This document shows positions 28,625-37,958 of a DNA stretch of 64,000 bases, piece by piece; position 1 is the first letter of the stretch, and the number at the start of each line of letters is the position of its first letter. A model generated the notes under the pieces. The model saw only the letters and a program-made list of their open reading frames with translations, ran no database searches and was not told the origin of the DNA. The translations under genes and the position numbers were made by a program. Source of the stretch: a virus; the IMG/VR virus record IMGVR_UViG_3300027963_000043, positions 69,592 through 133,591 of that record; one strand, 5' to 3'.

Positions 28625-30085
28625 ATGAGCAGTTGTCAAGAATGTACAGCGTGTTATGATCCAGGAATAGAAATAGGATTTATAAATTCTGATATACTTG
28701 CAAATGGTTTTTATATGGGTTTTGCTGCATATAAATCAACACCAGAAAATGTTAGAAAACGATATACAACTTATAATAGTAAAATACAAAGTGAATCTCA
28801 ATATCAAGAAAATAGATCATCTTTTAATGGATGTGGAGGTTGTCCACAAGGAGGAAGAAGACCAATGATAAGTAATGGTAATTCAAATTATAATGCAACT
28901 CTTGAAGCAAAGACCATATATAGTGCCGTACAAGAATCAGATGGAGCAGTATACATAGAAAAGAGTTATTCATGGGAAGAAAATGATCAAAGTCAATCTG
29001 GAGGTTTTCCTGGAGGTGGAAGTTGCGTTGGTAATGATTGTACTGGTCCTTACGCAGTTTCTAGTATTGGTAATCCTAGTAGTAACAGCAGCAATAGTGG
29101 ATCAATATCTTATAGAGAAGTACCAAAAACTAGTGGACCATGTCTTGGTTTTTGGGATGTTAATCCGTACAAAAGAGTAGGTGAGAAAGTTAAAAAAAGT
29201 AATACTTCTCAAGAAAATAGTTATCAAGATATTCCAGAAGAAGACAGATACTGCGAACCAGTAAAAACAACTAAAATTTTATCAGATGAATTTGCCAAGT
29301 TTAGTTATCCTGCTGTTTGTAGTGGTCCAAACGTAAAAACATCAACAACAACTGATGAAACTAATGTAACAATTAGTTATAAAGAGAATGCTATTGTTTC
29401 AAGAAGTGCCGCAGCTGGATGCACAGATCGCTATGGCCGCGATATACCAGGTAGTTATACTTCCTCTTTTAATTCATCATATTCATGTAACGCTTCTAAT
29501 ATTTCAAGTGTTGAAAATGAATATGATGTATATGAAAAATCATTATATTTTGCAACAATTGCGTCTGCTATAAATATGGAATCTGAATTAAAAGGAAAGC
29601 CTTTATGCGGAGGATATGGTGGACCTAGATATGGTGATACGGATTATAACGGTATCATAAGTGGTCCTCTTACACATATAAATTCATTATTAACTGACGA
29701 AGAAATGGATCATTATAAATATTACGATATTTATGATGGTTGGCAATACCCATACAGAATACAGTATCAAAATAAATACTTTTATATTCAAGTTGCTAAA
29801 GATGTTTTTGATAGAATAGAATCTTTTGTTATAAAAATTTATTTTTATGTTCTTTTAACAAATGGTATAAATCCATGTAATGGCGGAGAAGTAGACGAAG
29901 ATTACATATCAATTAAAGAGACATCAATTTCATGTGATGTATCAAACATATGGAGAACAACCGAAGACCATAACTATTTCTTAGGACAACCACTTACAAG
30001 TGATGATGCAATTCCTACTGGAGACACTCATTATAAAAATACAGATATTTGTTACGTTATAGAAACAATAAATTTTAAAGCTTAA
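28625..30085 (+). CDS. Cys/Ser/Tyr-rich 486-aa protein, paralog 2
   Basis: Same N-terminus and C-terminal NFKA; about 16 Cys. Confidence 0.85.
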   Translation: MSSCQECTACYDPGIEIGFINSDILANGFYMGFAAYKSTPENVRKRYTTYNSKIQSESQYQENRSSFNGCGGCPQGGRRPMISNGNSNYNATLEAKTIYSAVQESDGAVYIEKSYSWEENDQSQSGGFPGGGSCVGNDCTGPYAVSSIGNPSSNSSNSGSISYREVPKTSGPCLGFWDVNPYKRVGEKVKKSNTSQENSYQDIPEEDRYCEPVKTTKILSDEFAKFSYPAVCSGPNVKTSTTTDETNVTISYKENAIVSRSAAAGCTDRYGRDIPGSYTSSFNSSYSCNASNISSVENEYDVYEKSLYFATIASAINMESELKGKPLCGGYGGPRYGDTDYNGIISGPLTHINSLLTDEEMDHYKYYDIYDGWQYPYRIQYQNKYFYIQVAKDVFDRIESFVIKIYFYVLLTNGINPCNGGEVDEDYISIKETSISCDVSNIWRTTEDHNYFLGQPLTSDDAIPTGDTHYKNTDICYVIETINFKA

Positions 30086-30273
30086 CGTTTTATTATTTTA
30101 AAATTTTTATTTGTACTATCTATTTGACGCACATAATTTTTAGCTTTAGTCAAACCCTCTGGAGAATTATGAAAAACTCCATGAAGAAAATTATCTGATT
30201 TACTAATCACAGCGTAATACTTATTAGTCTTTTTTTGTTTCTGTTTCTGTTTTTTTATTATTTGCTTTTTCAT
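30082..30273 (-). CDS. Small basic hypothetical protein
   Basis: 63-aa ORF coupled to upstream SEC-C gene. Confidence 0.6.
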   Translation of the reverse strand: MKKQIIKKQKQKQKKTNKYYAVISKSDNFLHGVFHNSPEGLTKAKNYVRQIDSTNKNFKIIKR

Positions 30274-30484
30274 TTGCCGCCTTAATTAAGAAATCTTTTA
30301 GAGAATCTCTAGCTTTTTCACAGAAATCTTGATTTAATTGACCACAACAATTTTTAAATTTTTTACCAGTACTAGGACAAATAGAATTTCTTGGTATTTT
30401 TGGATATATTCTAACTATTGGGCTAAATTCAGTTGCTCTAGCGTATTCAATTGAAGTTAATTTATCTATATTTTCTTTATTCAT
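30224..30484 (-). CDS. SEC-C (SecA C-terminal Zn-binding) motif protein
   Basis: PRNSICPSTGKKFKNCCG vs consensus GRNDPCPCGSGKKYKxCC; promoter TTGATT-17-TATAAT-6-ATG. Confidence 0.78.
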   Translation of the reverse strand: MNKENIDKLTSIEYARATEFSPIVRIYPKIPRNSICPSTGKKFKNCCGQLNQDFCEKARDSLKDFLIKAANEKANNKKTETETKKD

Positions 30485-30519
30485 TTTTATATTATAATGT
30501 ATTTATTAGAATAAATCAA

Positions 30520-31629
30520 TTATTTTCCATGAGCAAATCCCTCGTACATGCTATTTGGACTATTTCTAACTGCTTGTATTGTATTATTCCATAACCCCCC
30601 TCGCATATCTTGTAGATTTCTGAACCCAAGATAACTCATAGAGCTTCTTAAACCATTAGTGAAATCATAAACAATATCTTCAATAGATTTGTTCTCAATA
30701 ATTGGAATTAAAGTATTATCTCCTTCTACGAATAAATTCTTTTTAGTTCCATCATATAAATCGTAATCTTCAACAACATCTTGACTAGCCATTCCTCTAT
30801 ATTTGGCAAATCTTTTACCATCAATTTCAATGATATTCTCATCATCAACAACATCAGATAGTCCAGCGAAAATTCTTCCACAAATAACAGCATCACATCC
30901 ACTAGCAATAGCTTTAACTAAATCTTTTGGATATCGTATACCACCATCAGCAAGAATACTAGGTCTATGAGATGGATTTGGTTTATCTTGTTTAAATAAA
31001 TCAACTTGAGAAAGCTCCCAGTTTCTTACAGCTTTCCAAGCATAATAGTTTCCAGTTAAACTTGGACATCCAATTCCAGTTTTCACTTGAGTTAAACACA
31101 TCGAACCTGGACCAATTAAATGTCTAAATCCATCTGCTTTAAGATTAGCAAGTCTATAAACACTTTCTTTAGTTAAAGTATTTCCAACAATAACATCTTG
31201 AGAAAATCCAGCTGTCTTATACCATCTAAGAAAATCTTCTACATTTTTAGCCAAACCATTTGCTGTATCTAAAAAATAAACATTAGTAAAAGTACTAGTA
31301 GCTCTAATTCTTTCTTCTGCATCCTTTAAACCAATAGCAGTAATACAAAAATCACTTTCATCTTTAATAATTTTAGCTTTAGATCTTTGATCATCAACAG
31401 ACATAAATCTATGCAATACTCCAGCTGCTCCAAGTTTATTCATTTTAATGCAAGATTTAACTGATGATACAGTATCCATCGGAGAAAGAATAATTGGAAT
31501 TTTGATATTGCAATTTCTTGAAATTTTAGTAGTTGTATCTACTTCTTTTCTGGAAGTGATATCTGAAAAATTTGGGAGTAACGAAATATCATCGTAACTT
31601 AAGGCTTCTTTAAATTCTTGTTTTTGCAT
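30520..31629 (-). CDS. IMPDH/GMP reductase family enzyme lacking CBS domains (GMPR suspected)
   Basis: LSYDDISLLP, SPMDTV, GPGSMCLT catalytic loop, ADGGI, YRGMAS, GLRSSMSYLG. Confidence 0.9.
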   Translation of the reverse strand: MQKQEFKEALSYDDISLLPNFSDITSRKEVDTTTKISRNCNIKIPIILSPMDTVSSVKSCIKMNKLGAAGVLHRFMSVDDQRSKAKIIKDESDFCITAIGLKDAEERIRATSTFTNVYFLDTANGLAKNVEDFLRWYKTAGFSQDVIVGNTLTKESVYRLANLKADGFRHLIGPGSMCLTQVKTGIGCPSLTGNYYAWKAVRNWELSQVDLFKQDKPNPSHRPSILADGGIRYPKDLVKAIASGCDAVICGRIFAGLSDVVDDENIIEIDGKRFAKYRGMASQDVVEDYDLYDGTKKNLFVEGDNTLIPIIENKSIEDIVYDFTNGLRSSMSYLGFRNLQDMRGGLWNNTIQAVRNSPNSMYEGFAHGK

Positions 31630-31709
31630 TTATTTATACTAAACCATTCTTTGCAAACAATCAAGAAAATAATTGACTTTAAATTAAAAAACATTTAAGA
31701 TATGATCTT

Positions 31710-31775
31710 ATGCTACAAACATTTATATGCATTATAATAGGAATTGCAATAGCTTTAAAATGGCATTATTTTTAA
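31710..31775 (+). CDS. 21-aa hydrophobic micropeptide MLQTFICIIIGIAIALKWHYF
   Basis: ATG 8 nt after TTGACT-17-TAAGAT promoter; stop 1 nt before next ATG. Confidence 0.5.
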   Translation: MLQTFICIIIGIAIALKWHYF

Positions 31776-31776
31776 A

Positions 31777-32190
31777 ATGAATAATAGAATATCATTTATA
31801 CAAGTTGCAATTGAAACAGCTAAAATATGGTCAAGTAGATCAGAAGATCCATATAAAAAAGTTGGAGTATGTATTTTAAATAAAGATGGCAGAGTATTAT
31901 CCGTTGGATATAATGGTTTATTGTCTAAATTTAATATTAACGAAGATTTCTTTAGTGATAGAGATAATAGAAGAAAATATATGATTCATGCAGAAATTAA
32001 CGCTTTATCTTTGGTTAAAAGAGGAGATCAACCACATTTACTAGCTTCTACTTTATTGCCTTGCTCAAATTGTGCTACTAATATTGTTGCATATGGAGTT
32101 AAAAGTGTGGTATACTCAGAAGAATATGAGAAGGATTCTACAGCTAAAGAAATATTTAAGTTTTACAATATAGAATTAATTAAAATATGA
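31777..32190 (+). CDS. dCMP deaminase
   Basis: KVGVCI, GYNG, HAEINAL, PCSNC. Confidence 0.93.
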   Translation: MNNRISFIQVAIETAKIWSSRSEDPYKKVGVCILNKDGRVLSVGYNGLLSKFNINEDFFSDRDNRRKYMIHAEINALSLVKRGDQPHLLASTLLPCSNCATNIVAYGVKSVVYSEEYEKDSTAKEIFKFYNIELIKI

Positions 32191-32672
32191 AATATATAAT
32201 ACTATTATCATTTATAGCTAATCTTGCAATAGCACAATCGGGAGTGGTATACGAAACCTATAAAACAAGAGGTGGTGGAACAAATGAGTCTCATGGAACA
32301 ATTTTCAATAAACCATTTCAAGAATATAATTATGTTAAAACTGCTAGAGGAATAGAAGTATATCAAACATATAAAACTGGCGGTGGGAACGGAACTAATC
32401 AATCTCATGGAACTATATTTTCTAAACCATTTCCAGAGTATTATATAGTTAATAATAAAATGTATAGAACATATAAAACTGATTACAAATCTACTAATCA
32501 GTCTCGTGGTACAATATTCGCCCAACCATTTGAGGCAAAGAATATTGACCCCAATGTAGATACTAAAGCTTTAAAAGAAAACATACAAACTCAAGTCCGA
32601 ACTCAACAAATTCGCACTGGACAAGATTATCCAAAATATGACGGAACTGGAGATATATCTTATGGAGAATAA
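32187..32672 (+). CDS. Secreted protein with three YxTYKT...TNxSxGTIFxxPF repeats
   Basis: Signal peptide MKYIILLSFIANLAIA; three aligned internal repeats. Confidence 0.8.
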   Translation: MKYIILLSFIANLAIAQSGVVYETYKTRGGGTNESHGTIFNKPFQEYNYVKTARGIEVYQTYKTGGGNGTNQSHGTIFSKPFPEYYIVNNKMYRTYKTDYKSTNQSRGTIFAQPFEAKNIDPNVDTKALKENIQTQVRTQQIRTGQDYPKYDGTGDISYGE

Positions 32673-32675
32673 CAA

Positions 32676-33263
32676 ATGATTGGATTAACTGGAGTAGCTC
32701 GATCTGGAAAAGATACTTTTTATTCTATCTTAAAAAGATATCTAGAAGAAAAGGGAATTAAATCTCAAAGATTAGCTTTTGCTGATGCATTAAAAAATGA
32801 ACTACATGACTTTACTAAAGATAAATTCAAAATAGACTTATTAAATTGCACACCAGAGAACAAAGAAATAGTACGACCACTTATGGTTGCTTATGGTAAA
32901 TGCAGAAGAATTCAAACGGATGGAAAATACTGGACTTCCACAATTCAACCAGAAGTAAATAAATTAATTGCTACTAATATTGTTCCAATCGTAACAGATG
33001 TTAGATATATAGAATATAAAGATGATGAATATTCTTGGTTGAAATCTCATAATGGTATTTTAATTCATATCTCAAGAAGACTAGATGATGGTTCTTTAAT
33101 ACCTCCAGCTAATATAGAAGAAAAATCTAACGACAATAAGTTAAAAGCTGTATCTGATGTAACTGTAGTTTGGGAAACTTGTCAAGATGTTAACTTCTTA
33201 TATGAATTAATGCAGAAACAATTAAAAAATGTTTACGAAAAATATTTACAAAATAAAAAATAA
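32676..33263 (+). CDS. Deoxynucleoside monophosphate kinase (phage type)
   Basis: GVARSGKDT P-loop, LAFADALK, VTDVRY. Confidence 0.85.
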   Translation: MIGLTGVARSGKDTFYSILKRYLEEKGIKSQRLAFADALKNELHDFTKDKFKIDLLNCTPENKEIVRPLMVAYGKCRRIQTDGKYWTSTIQPEVNKLIATNIVPIVTDVRYIEYKDDEYSWLKSHNGILIHISRRLDDGSLIPPANIEEKSNDNKLKAVSDVTVVWETCQDVNFLYELMQKQLKNVYEKYLQNKK

Positions 33264-33264
33264 T

Positions 33265-33858
33265 ATGAATATAATAACAGACGACATTACTTTGGTAAAG
33301 AATATAAAAGAAAAGAATGATGAAGAAGCATTAAAAGCTTTAATTCAAAAGCATTCGGCTCTTTGCAACTCTTTATATAAAAAATACTCAAACCCCATGA
33401 TTGCATCTGGAGTCCATCTTCAAGATGTAATAGATCAAAAAGATTATATAGTATATAAATCAGCAATAACATTTGATGAAAATAAAAAATCTAAATTTTC
33501 TACTTGGTTATATAACCAAGTAAGATACCAATGCCTTAACTGTATGAATGAAAATAGTCACTACTTAACTCTTGAAACAGATAAATTAAATTATTTGATA
33601 GAAAAGAATACTCCAGTTCAAAAAGAATATAAAAATATTAATGAATATATCATGAATATTATTGAATCTTGTTCAGATGAAAGAATACAAAAAATATTTA
33701 AAATGCGATATTTGAATGATTCTAATAAAAAAATGTCTTGGAATAAGATAGCTAAAAAATTAAATATAAGTACTCAAACTGCTATTAATATTCATAATAA
33801 GGCTATTAAATTATTAAAAACTAAAGTCGAGAGTAAAAATTCTTTTGACAAAATATAA
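33265..33858 (+). CDS. Phage sigma70-family sigma factor
   Basis: Region 2 FDENKKSKFSTWLYNQVR; region 4 HTH MSWNKIAKKLNIS...IHNKAIKLLK. Confidence 0.88.
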   Translation: MNIITDDITLVKNIKEKNDEEALKALIQKHSALCNSLYKKYSNPMIASGVHLQDVIDQKDYIVYKSAITFDENKKSKFSTWLYNQVRYQCLNCMNENSHYLTLETDKLNYLIEKNTPVQKEYKNINEYIMNIIESCSDERIQKIFKMRYLNDSNKKMSWNKIAKKLNISTQTAINIHNKAIKLLKTKVESKNSFDKI

Positions 33859-33879
33859 TAAAGGATATACAATATAAAA
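33845..33879 (+). promoter_or_regulatory. sigma70-type promoter, leaderless geometry
   Basis: TTGACA-17-TACAAT-6-ATG. Confidence 0.75.
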
Positions 33880-34185
33880 ATGAATAATACAAATCAAAAT
33901 ACAAACAAGAACCAAAATGAGCTAGGCGCACTTTGGAAGAAGAAGAGCAAAACAGGAATGTCATTCCTATCTGGTTATATCAATGATCATGATGGTCAAA
34001 GAATTGATGTTGTAGTTTTTGCTAATAGTAAAAAGACAAACGAAAAGGCTCCAGATTACAGACTATATGTATCTAAGCCTCTAGATAATCAAAATAAAAC
34101 TACATCTTCTACACCAGTAGCTAAAGCTGTTCCAGTTAAAAAGGTTCAACCAGTAATTCAAGAGGATGAAGATGACATCCTATGA
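33880..34185 (+). CDS. DUF736-like protein with acidic tail; candidate ssDNA-binding protein
   Basis: ELGALWKK, FLSGYI, EKAPDYRLY, C-terminal EDEDDIL. Confidence 0.65.
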   Translation: MNNTNQNTNKNQNELGALWKKKSKTGMSFLSGYINDHDGQRIDVVVFANSKKTNEKAPDYRLYVSKPLDNQNKTTSSTPVAKAVPVKKVQPVIQEDEDDIL

Positions 34186-35267
34186 GTTTAGCATTTAACT
34201 TACCAATAAATTCAGTAAGTTTTGGTCAAATATCTACATTAATTCTTAGAGAGTTATATAACTCCAGGGTTAATGTAGGTGTTTTACCTATTGGTAATGT
34301 TGATTTATCTACTCAATCAGATTTAACTCAAGAATTTGGAAACTGGCTACAGCAATCAATTAATTCTTCACTGGAAACTTATAATAGGAAAAACAAGTTA
34401 TTTAAATTATGGCATTTAAATGGTTCATTCGAAAGTTATTCAAACGAACAAGTTCTGCTCAGTTTCTATGAATTAGATCAACCAACAAAAGTAGAATTAA
34501 ATACTGTAAAAAATAATCATAAAGTACTTTTCTCATCGAAAGAAACAGTAGAAATATTTAAAAATCTCGGATGCAGTAACGTTGAGTATATACCATTAGC
34601 ATTTGATAAATATAATTTTAATAGAATAGATAAATCATATTTTCTTGATGATAGAATTGTTTTTAATTTAGTTGGTAAGCTTGAAAAAAGAAAGCATCAT
34701 CTTAAATTAATTAAACTTTGGGCTAAAAAATTTGGTAATAATAAAAAATATGCACTACAATGCTGTATTTTTAATCCATTTATGAAGCCAGAGGATCAAA
34801 ATAATCTTGTATCCCAAGCTCTGGAAGGTAAAACTTATTTTAATATCAATTTCTTGCCATTCATGGGGCAAAATAAAATTTATAATGATTTCTTGAATAG
34901 CGCCAATATTGTATTAGGAATGAGTGGAGCAGAAGGATGGGGATTACCAGAATTTCATTCTGTAGCGATGGGTAAACATGCAGTAATAATGGACGCTCAT
35001 GGATATAAATCTTGGGCTAATGATAAAAATTCTATACTAGTTAAACCAAATTCAAAAATTGAATCTTATGACGGGATGTTTTTTAATAAAGGTGCACCAT
35101 ATAATCAAGGTAATATCTATGATTTTAATGAAGAAGATTTTATAAACGCTTGCGAACTAGCAGTTAAAAAAGTAGAAAATAATAAATTAAATAAAGAAGG
35201 ACTAAAACTTCAAGAAGAATTTACATCACAGAAATTGCTAGAAAATATTACTGCTCATTTAAGATAA
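34182..35267 (+). CDS. GT4 family glycosyltransferase
   Basis: VGKLEKRK, SGAEGWGLPEF..VAMG. Confidence 0.85.
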   Translation: MSLAFNLPINSVSFGQISTLILRELYNSRVNVGVLPIGNVDLSTQSDLTQEFGNWLQQSINSSLETYNRKNKLFKLWHLNGSFESYSNEQVLLSFYELDQPTKVELNTVKNNHKVLFSSKETVEIFKNLGCSNVEYIPLAFDKYNFNRIDKSYFLDDRIVFNLVGKLEKRKHHLKLIKLWAKKFGNNKKYALQCCIFNPFMKPEDQNNLVSQALEGKTYFNINFLPFMGQNKIYNDFLNSANIVLGMSGAEGWGLPEFHSVAMGKHAVIMDAHGYKSWANDKNSILVKPNSKIESYDGMFFNKGAPYNQGNIYDFNEEDFINACELAVKKVENNKLNKEGLKLQEEFTSQKLLENITAHLR

Positions 35268-35617
35268 TGCCTATATATACCTATATACATCCAGATACAG
35301 AAGAGACACTAGATGTAGTACAATCAATCCATGATCAACATGTTTATATAGACGAAAAAGGAATAGAATGGAGAAGAGTATTTACTGTTCCAGAAGTTAA
35401 TACTCATGGAACCTTAAAAGCCGAAGCAACTGACAAACAATTTTCTGAATATACAAAGAATCAAAAAGGAAAACTTGGCGACCTTTGGGATAGGAGCGCG
35501 GAACTTTCTGAAAAAAGAAAAAAAATTTACGGACAAGACCCAGTTAAAAAGAAATATTATGATAGTTGGAGTAAAAAAAGAAAAGGTCGAGTACACCCTA
35601 AAAGCCATTTGGAGTAA
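35267..35617 (+). CDS. FmdB-like small protein lacking Cys knuckles
   Basis: MPIYTY N-terminus; no CxxC. Confidence 0.55.
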   Translation: MPIYTYIHPDTEETLDVVQSIHDQHVYIDEKGIEWRRVFTVPEVNTHGTLKAEATDKQFSEYTKNQKGKLGDLWDRSAELSEKRKKIYGQDPVKKKYYDSWSKKRKGRVHPKSHLE

Positions 35618-35693
35618 ATTGTTTATAACTTTTTAAAATTTTCTTTCTTTATTTTAAAAAATAATGTAATATAGTTTTTGCACTAGTTACATT

Positions 35694-37955
35694 ATGAATA
35701 AAAATACAAATGTTAAAAAAAGAAATGGTTCGACTGAAAAGTTTAATATAGAAAAAATAAACAAAGTAATTAACTGGGCAATTGATGGTTATAATGGAGT
35801 TAGTTTAACTGATATTGAAATTAATGCTAAGATTAATATTCATGACGGAATAAATACTAAAGAGATTCATAATCTTTTAATTGAAAGCGCAGCAAATTTA
35901 ATTTCAATTGAAAAGCCAAACTATCAATACGTTGCAGCAAGATTACTCAATTACCAACTCAGAAAAGATGTTTGGAAAGGTAAACATGCTCCAAGATTAT
36001 CAGAATTTTTGAATCAAAACATTAAAAATAAAGTTTACGACTCAACTATTTTAAGTCATTACTCAGAAGATGAGATAAATAAAATTGGAGAATTTATTGA
36101 TCACGATAGAGATTTTATTTTTACTTATGCTGGAATCAAACAGCTTTGTGATAAATATTTAATCAAGAATAGAACCACTGGCGAAATTTATGAAACTCCC
36201 CAATTTGCTTATATTTTAATTTCAGCTTATGCTTTTGCGAAATATCCATTAGAAACAAGACTTTCTTATGTTAGAAAATTTTATGATGCTATCAGTAAAC
36301 ATAAAATAAATCTTCCAACACCAGTAATGGCAGGAGTTAGAACATCTAGCAGAAATTACGCTAGTTGCTGCTTGATTGGGGTAGACGATACAAAAGATAG
36401 TATTACAGCTAGTGCTACTGCGGTCAGTATGGCTACCGCTAATAGATGTGGAATTGGAATTGATGTAAGTAAAATTAGGGCTATTGGGTCTTCTATTAAG
36501 AATGGCGAAGTTGTACATACTGGTTTAATTCCATTTTTAAAAATCTATGAAAGCAGCGTAAAAGCTTGGCAACAGAATGGATTGAGGGGTGGTAGCGCAA
36601 CTTGCAATATTCAATGGTGGCATTATGAAATTGAAGATATTGTTGTATTGAAAAATAATGCAGGAACAGATGATAATAGAGTTCGCAAACTCGATTATAC
36701 AGTAGGCATGAGTAAACTATTTTATGATAGAGTATTAAAGGATGAAGATATTACTTTATTTAATAATGCAGAAGTTCCAGAGCTTTATGATGCATGGGGC
36801 ACTAAAGATTTTGATAAAGTATATAAAGAATGTGAATCTAAAAAATTAAAATTAAAAAAGAAAATGTCTGCTCGTAAACTATTTTCTCTTATTATCAAAG
36901 AGAGAGTCGAAACTGGTAGAATTTATATTTTAAATGTAGACCATGCAAATAATCACGGAGCATGGTTAGATAAAGTTACAATGAGTAATCTTTGCACAGA
37001 AGTTATTCATCCAACTATTCCATTAAATGATTATCACGATAAAGAAGGTGAAATTGGAATGTGTATTCTTTCGGCAGTAAACATGCTAGAAATAAAAAAT
37101 TGGCAGGATCTTGAAAAGACTTGCGATCTTATCGTAAGATTTCTTGATGAAATCATTGAACTTCAAGATTATTTTAATATTGCTGCTGAAAATTTTGCTA
37201 AAAAAAGAAGAAGCCTTGGAGTTGGAATTACAAATCTTGCAGCTTTCTTAGCTAAAAATGAATTGAAATATAGCTCAGATAAATCATTATCCGTAGTTGA
37301 TGAGTGGATGGAACATTTTCAATACTACTTATTAGAGAGTAGCATCGAATTAGCTAAAGAAAAAGGCAAATGTGAAAAATTTGATAGGACTAAATACGCT
37401 AAAGGTATACTTCCGATTGATACATATAAAGATAAAGTAGACGAATTAGTTAAAAGAAAATTATCTCTTGATTGGGATAAATTAAGAAAAGATATTAAAG
37501 AATTTGGATTAAGACATTCTACATTATCTTCTTGCATGCCTTGTGAGAGCAGTTCCGTAATTCAATGCTCTACAAATGGAGTTGAACCTATTCGTAGTCT
37601 TATAACATATAAAACTAGCAAAATGGGTAAACTTCCAGTTATGGTTCCAGGAATTGGAAAATATGACGAGAATTATGAATTAGCTTATGATCTAAAAGAT
37701 AATACTGGATTACTTAAAATTAATGCAGTAATTCAAAAATATATTGACATGGCTATATCAACTAATGTATACTACAACTATAGTCATTATGAAAACAATA
37801 TTCTTCCAGACGCAAAGGTTATGAAAGAGCTTATTTATGCTTATAGCCTTGGATTGATTAGTTTATATTATAATAATACAGATGATGGCGATAAAGAGCA
37901 GTCTTTAAATCAAAAAGAAGATAAAGATTGTTCAAGTGGTGCGTGTAAACTATAA
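35694..37955 (+). CDS. nrdA: Class Ia ribonucleotide reductase alpha subunit with ATP cone
   Basis: VKKRNG ATP cone, LPTPVMAG, ASCCL, SNLCTE, SLYY. Confidence 0.98.
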   Translation: MNKNTNVKKRNGSTEKFNIEKINKVINWAIDGYNGVSLTDIEINAKINIHDGINTKEIHNLLIESAANLISIEKPNYQYVAARLLNYQLRKDVWKGKHAPRLSEFLNQNIKNKVYDSTILSHYSEDEINKIGEFIDHDRDFIFTYAGIKQLCDKYLIKNRTTGEIYETPQFAYILISAYAFAKYPLETRLSYVRKFYDAISKHKINLPTPVMAGVRTSSRNYASCCLIGVDDTKDSITASATAVSMATANRCGIGIDVSKIRAIGSSIKNGEVVHTGLIPFLKIYESSVKAWQQNGLRGGSATCNIQWWHYEIEDIVVLKNNAGTDDNRVRKLDYTVGMSKLFYDRVLKDEDITLFNNAEVPELYDAWGTKDFDKVYKECESKKLKLKKKMSARKLFSLIIKERVETGRIYILNVDHANNHGAWLDKVTMSNLCTEVIHPTIPLNDYHDKEGEIGMCILSAVNMLEIKNWQDLEKTCDLIVRFLDEIIELQDYFNIAAENFAKKRRSLGVGITNLAAFLAKNELKYSSDKSLSVVDEWMEHFQYYLLESSIELAKEKGKCEKFDRTKYAKGILPIDTYKDKVDELVKRKLSLDWDKLRKDIKEFGLRHSTLSSCMPCESSSVIQCSTNGVEPIRSLITYKTSKMGKLPVMVPGIGKYDENYELAYDLKDNTGLLKINAVIQKYIDMAISTNVYYNYSHYENNILPDAKVMKELIYAYSLGLISLYYNNTDDGDKEQSLNQKEDKDCSSGACKL

Positions 37956-37958
37956 TCC

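Noticed and set aside
27186-30085. Diversity-generating retroelement TR/VR pair
   Set aside because: Both copies are full open genes differing by synonymous changes at all bases and by indels, not adenine-only substitutions; no reverse transcriptase in the window.
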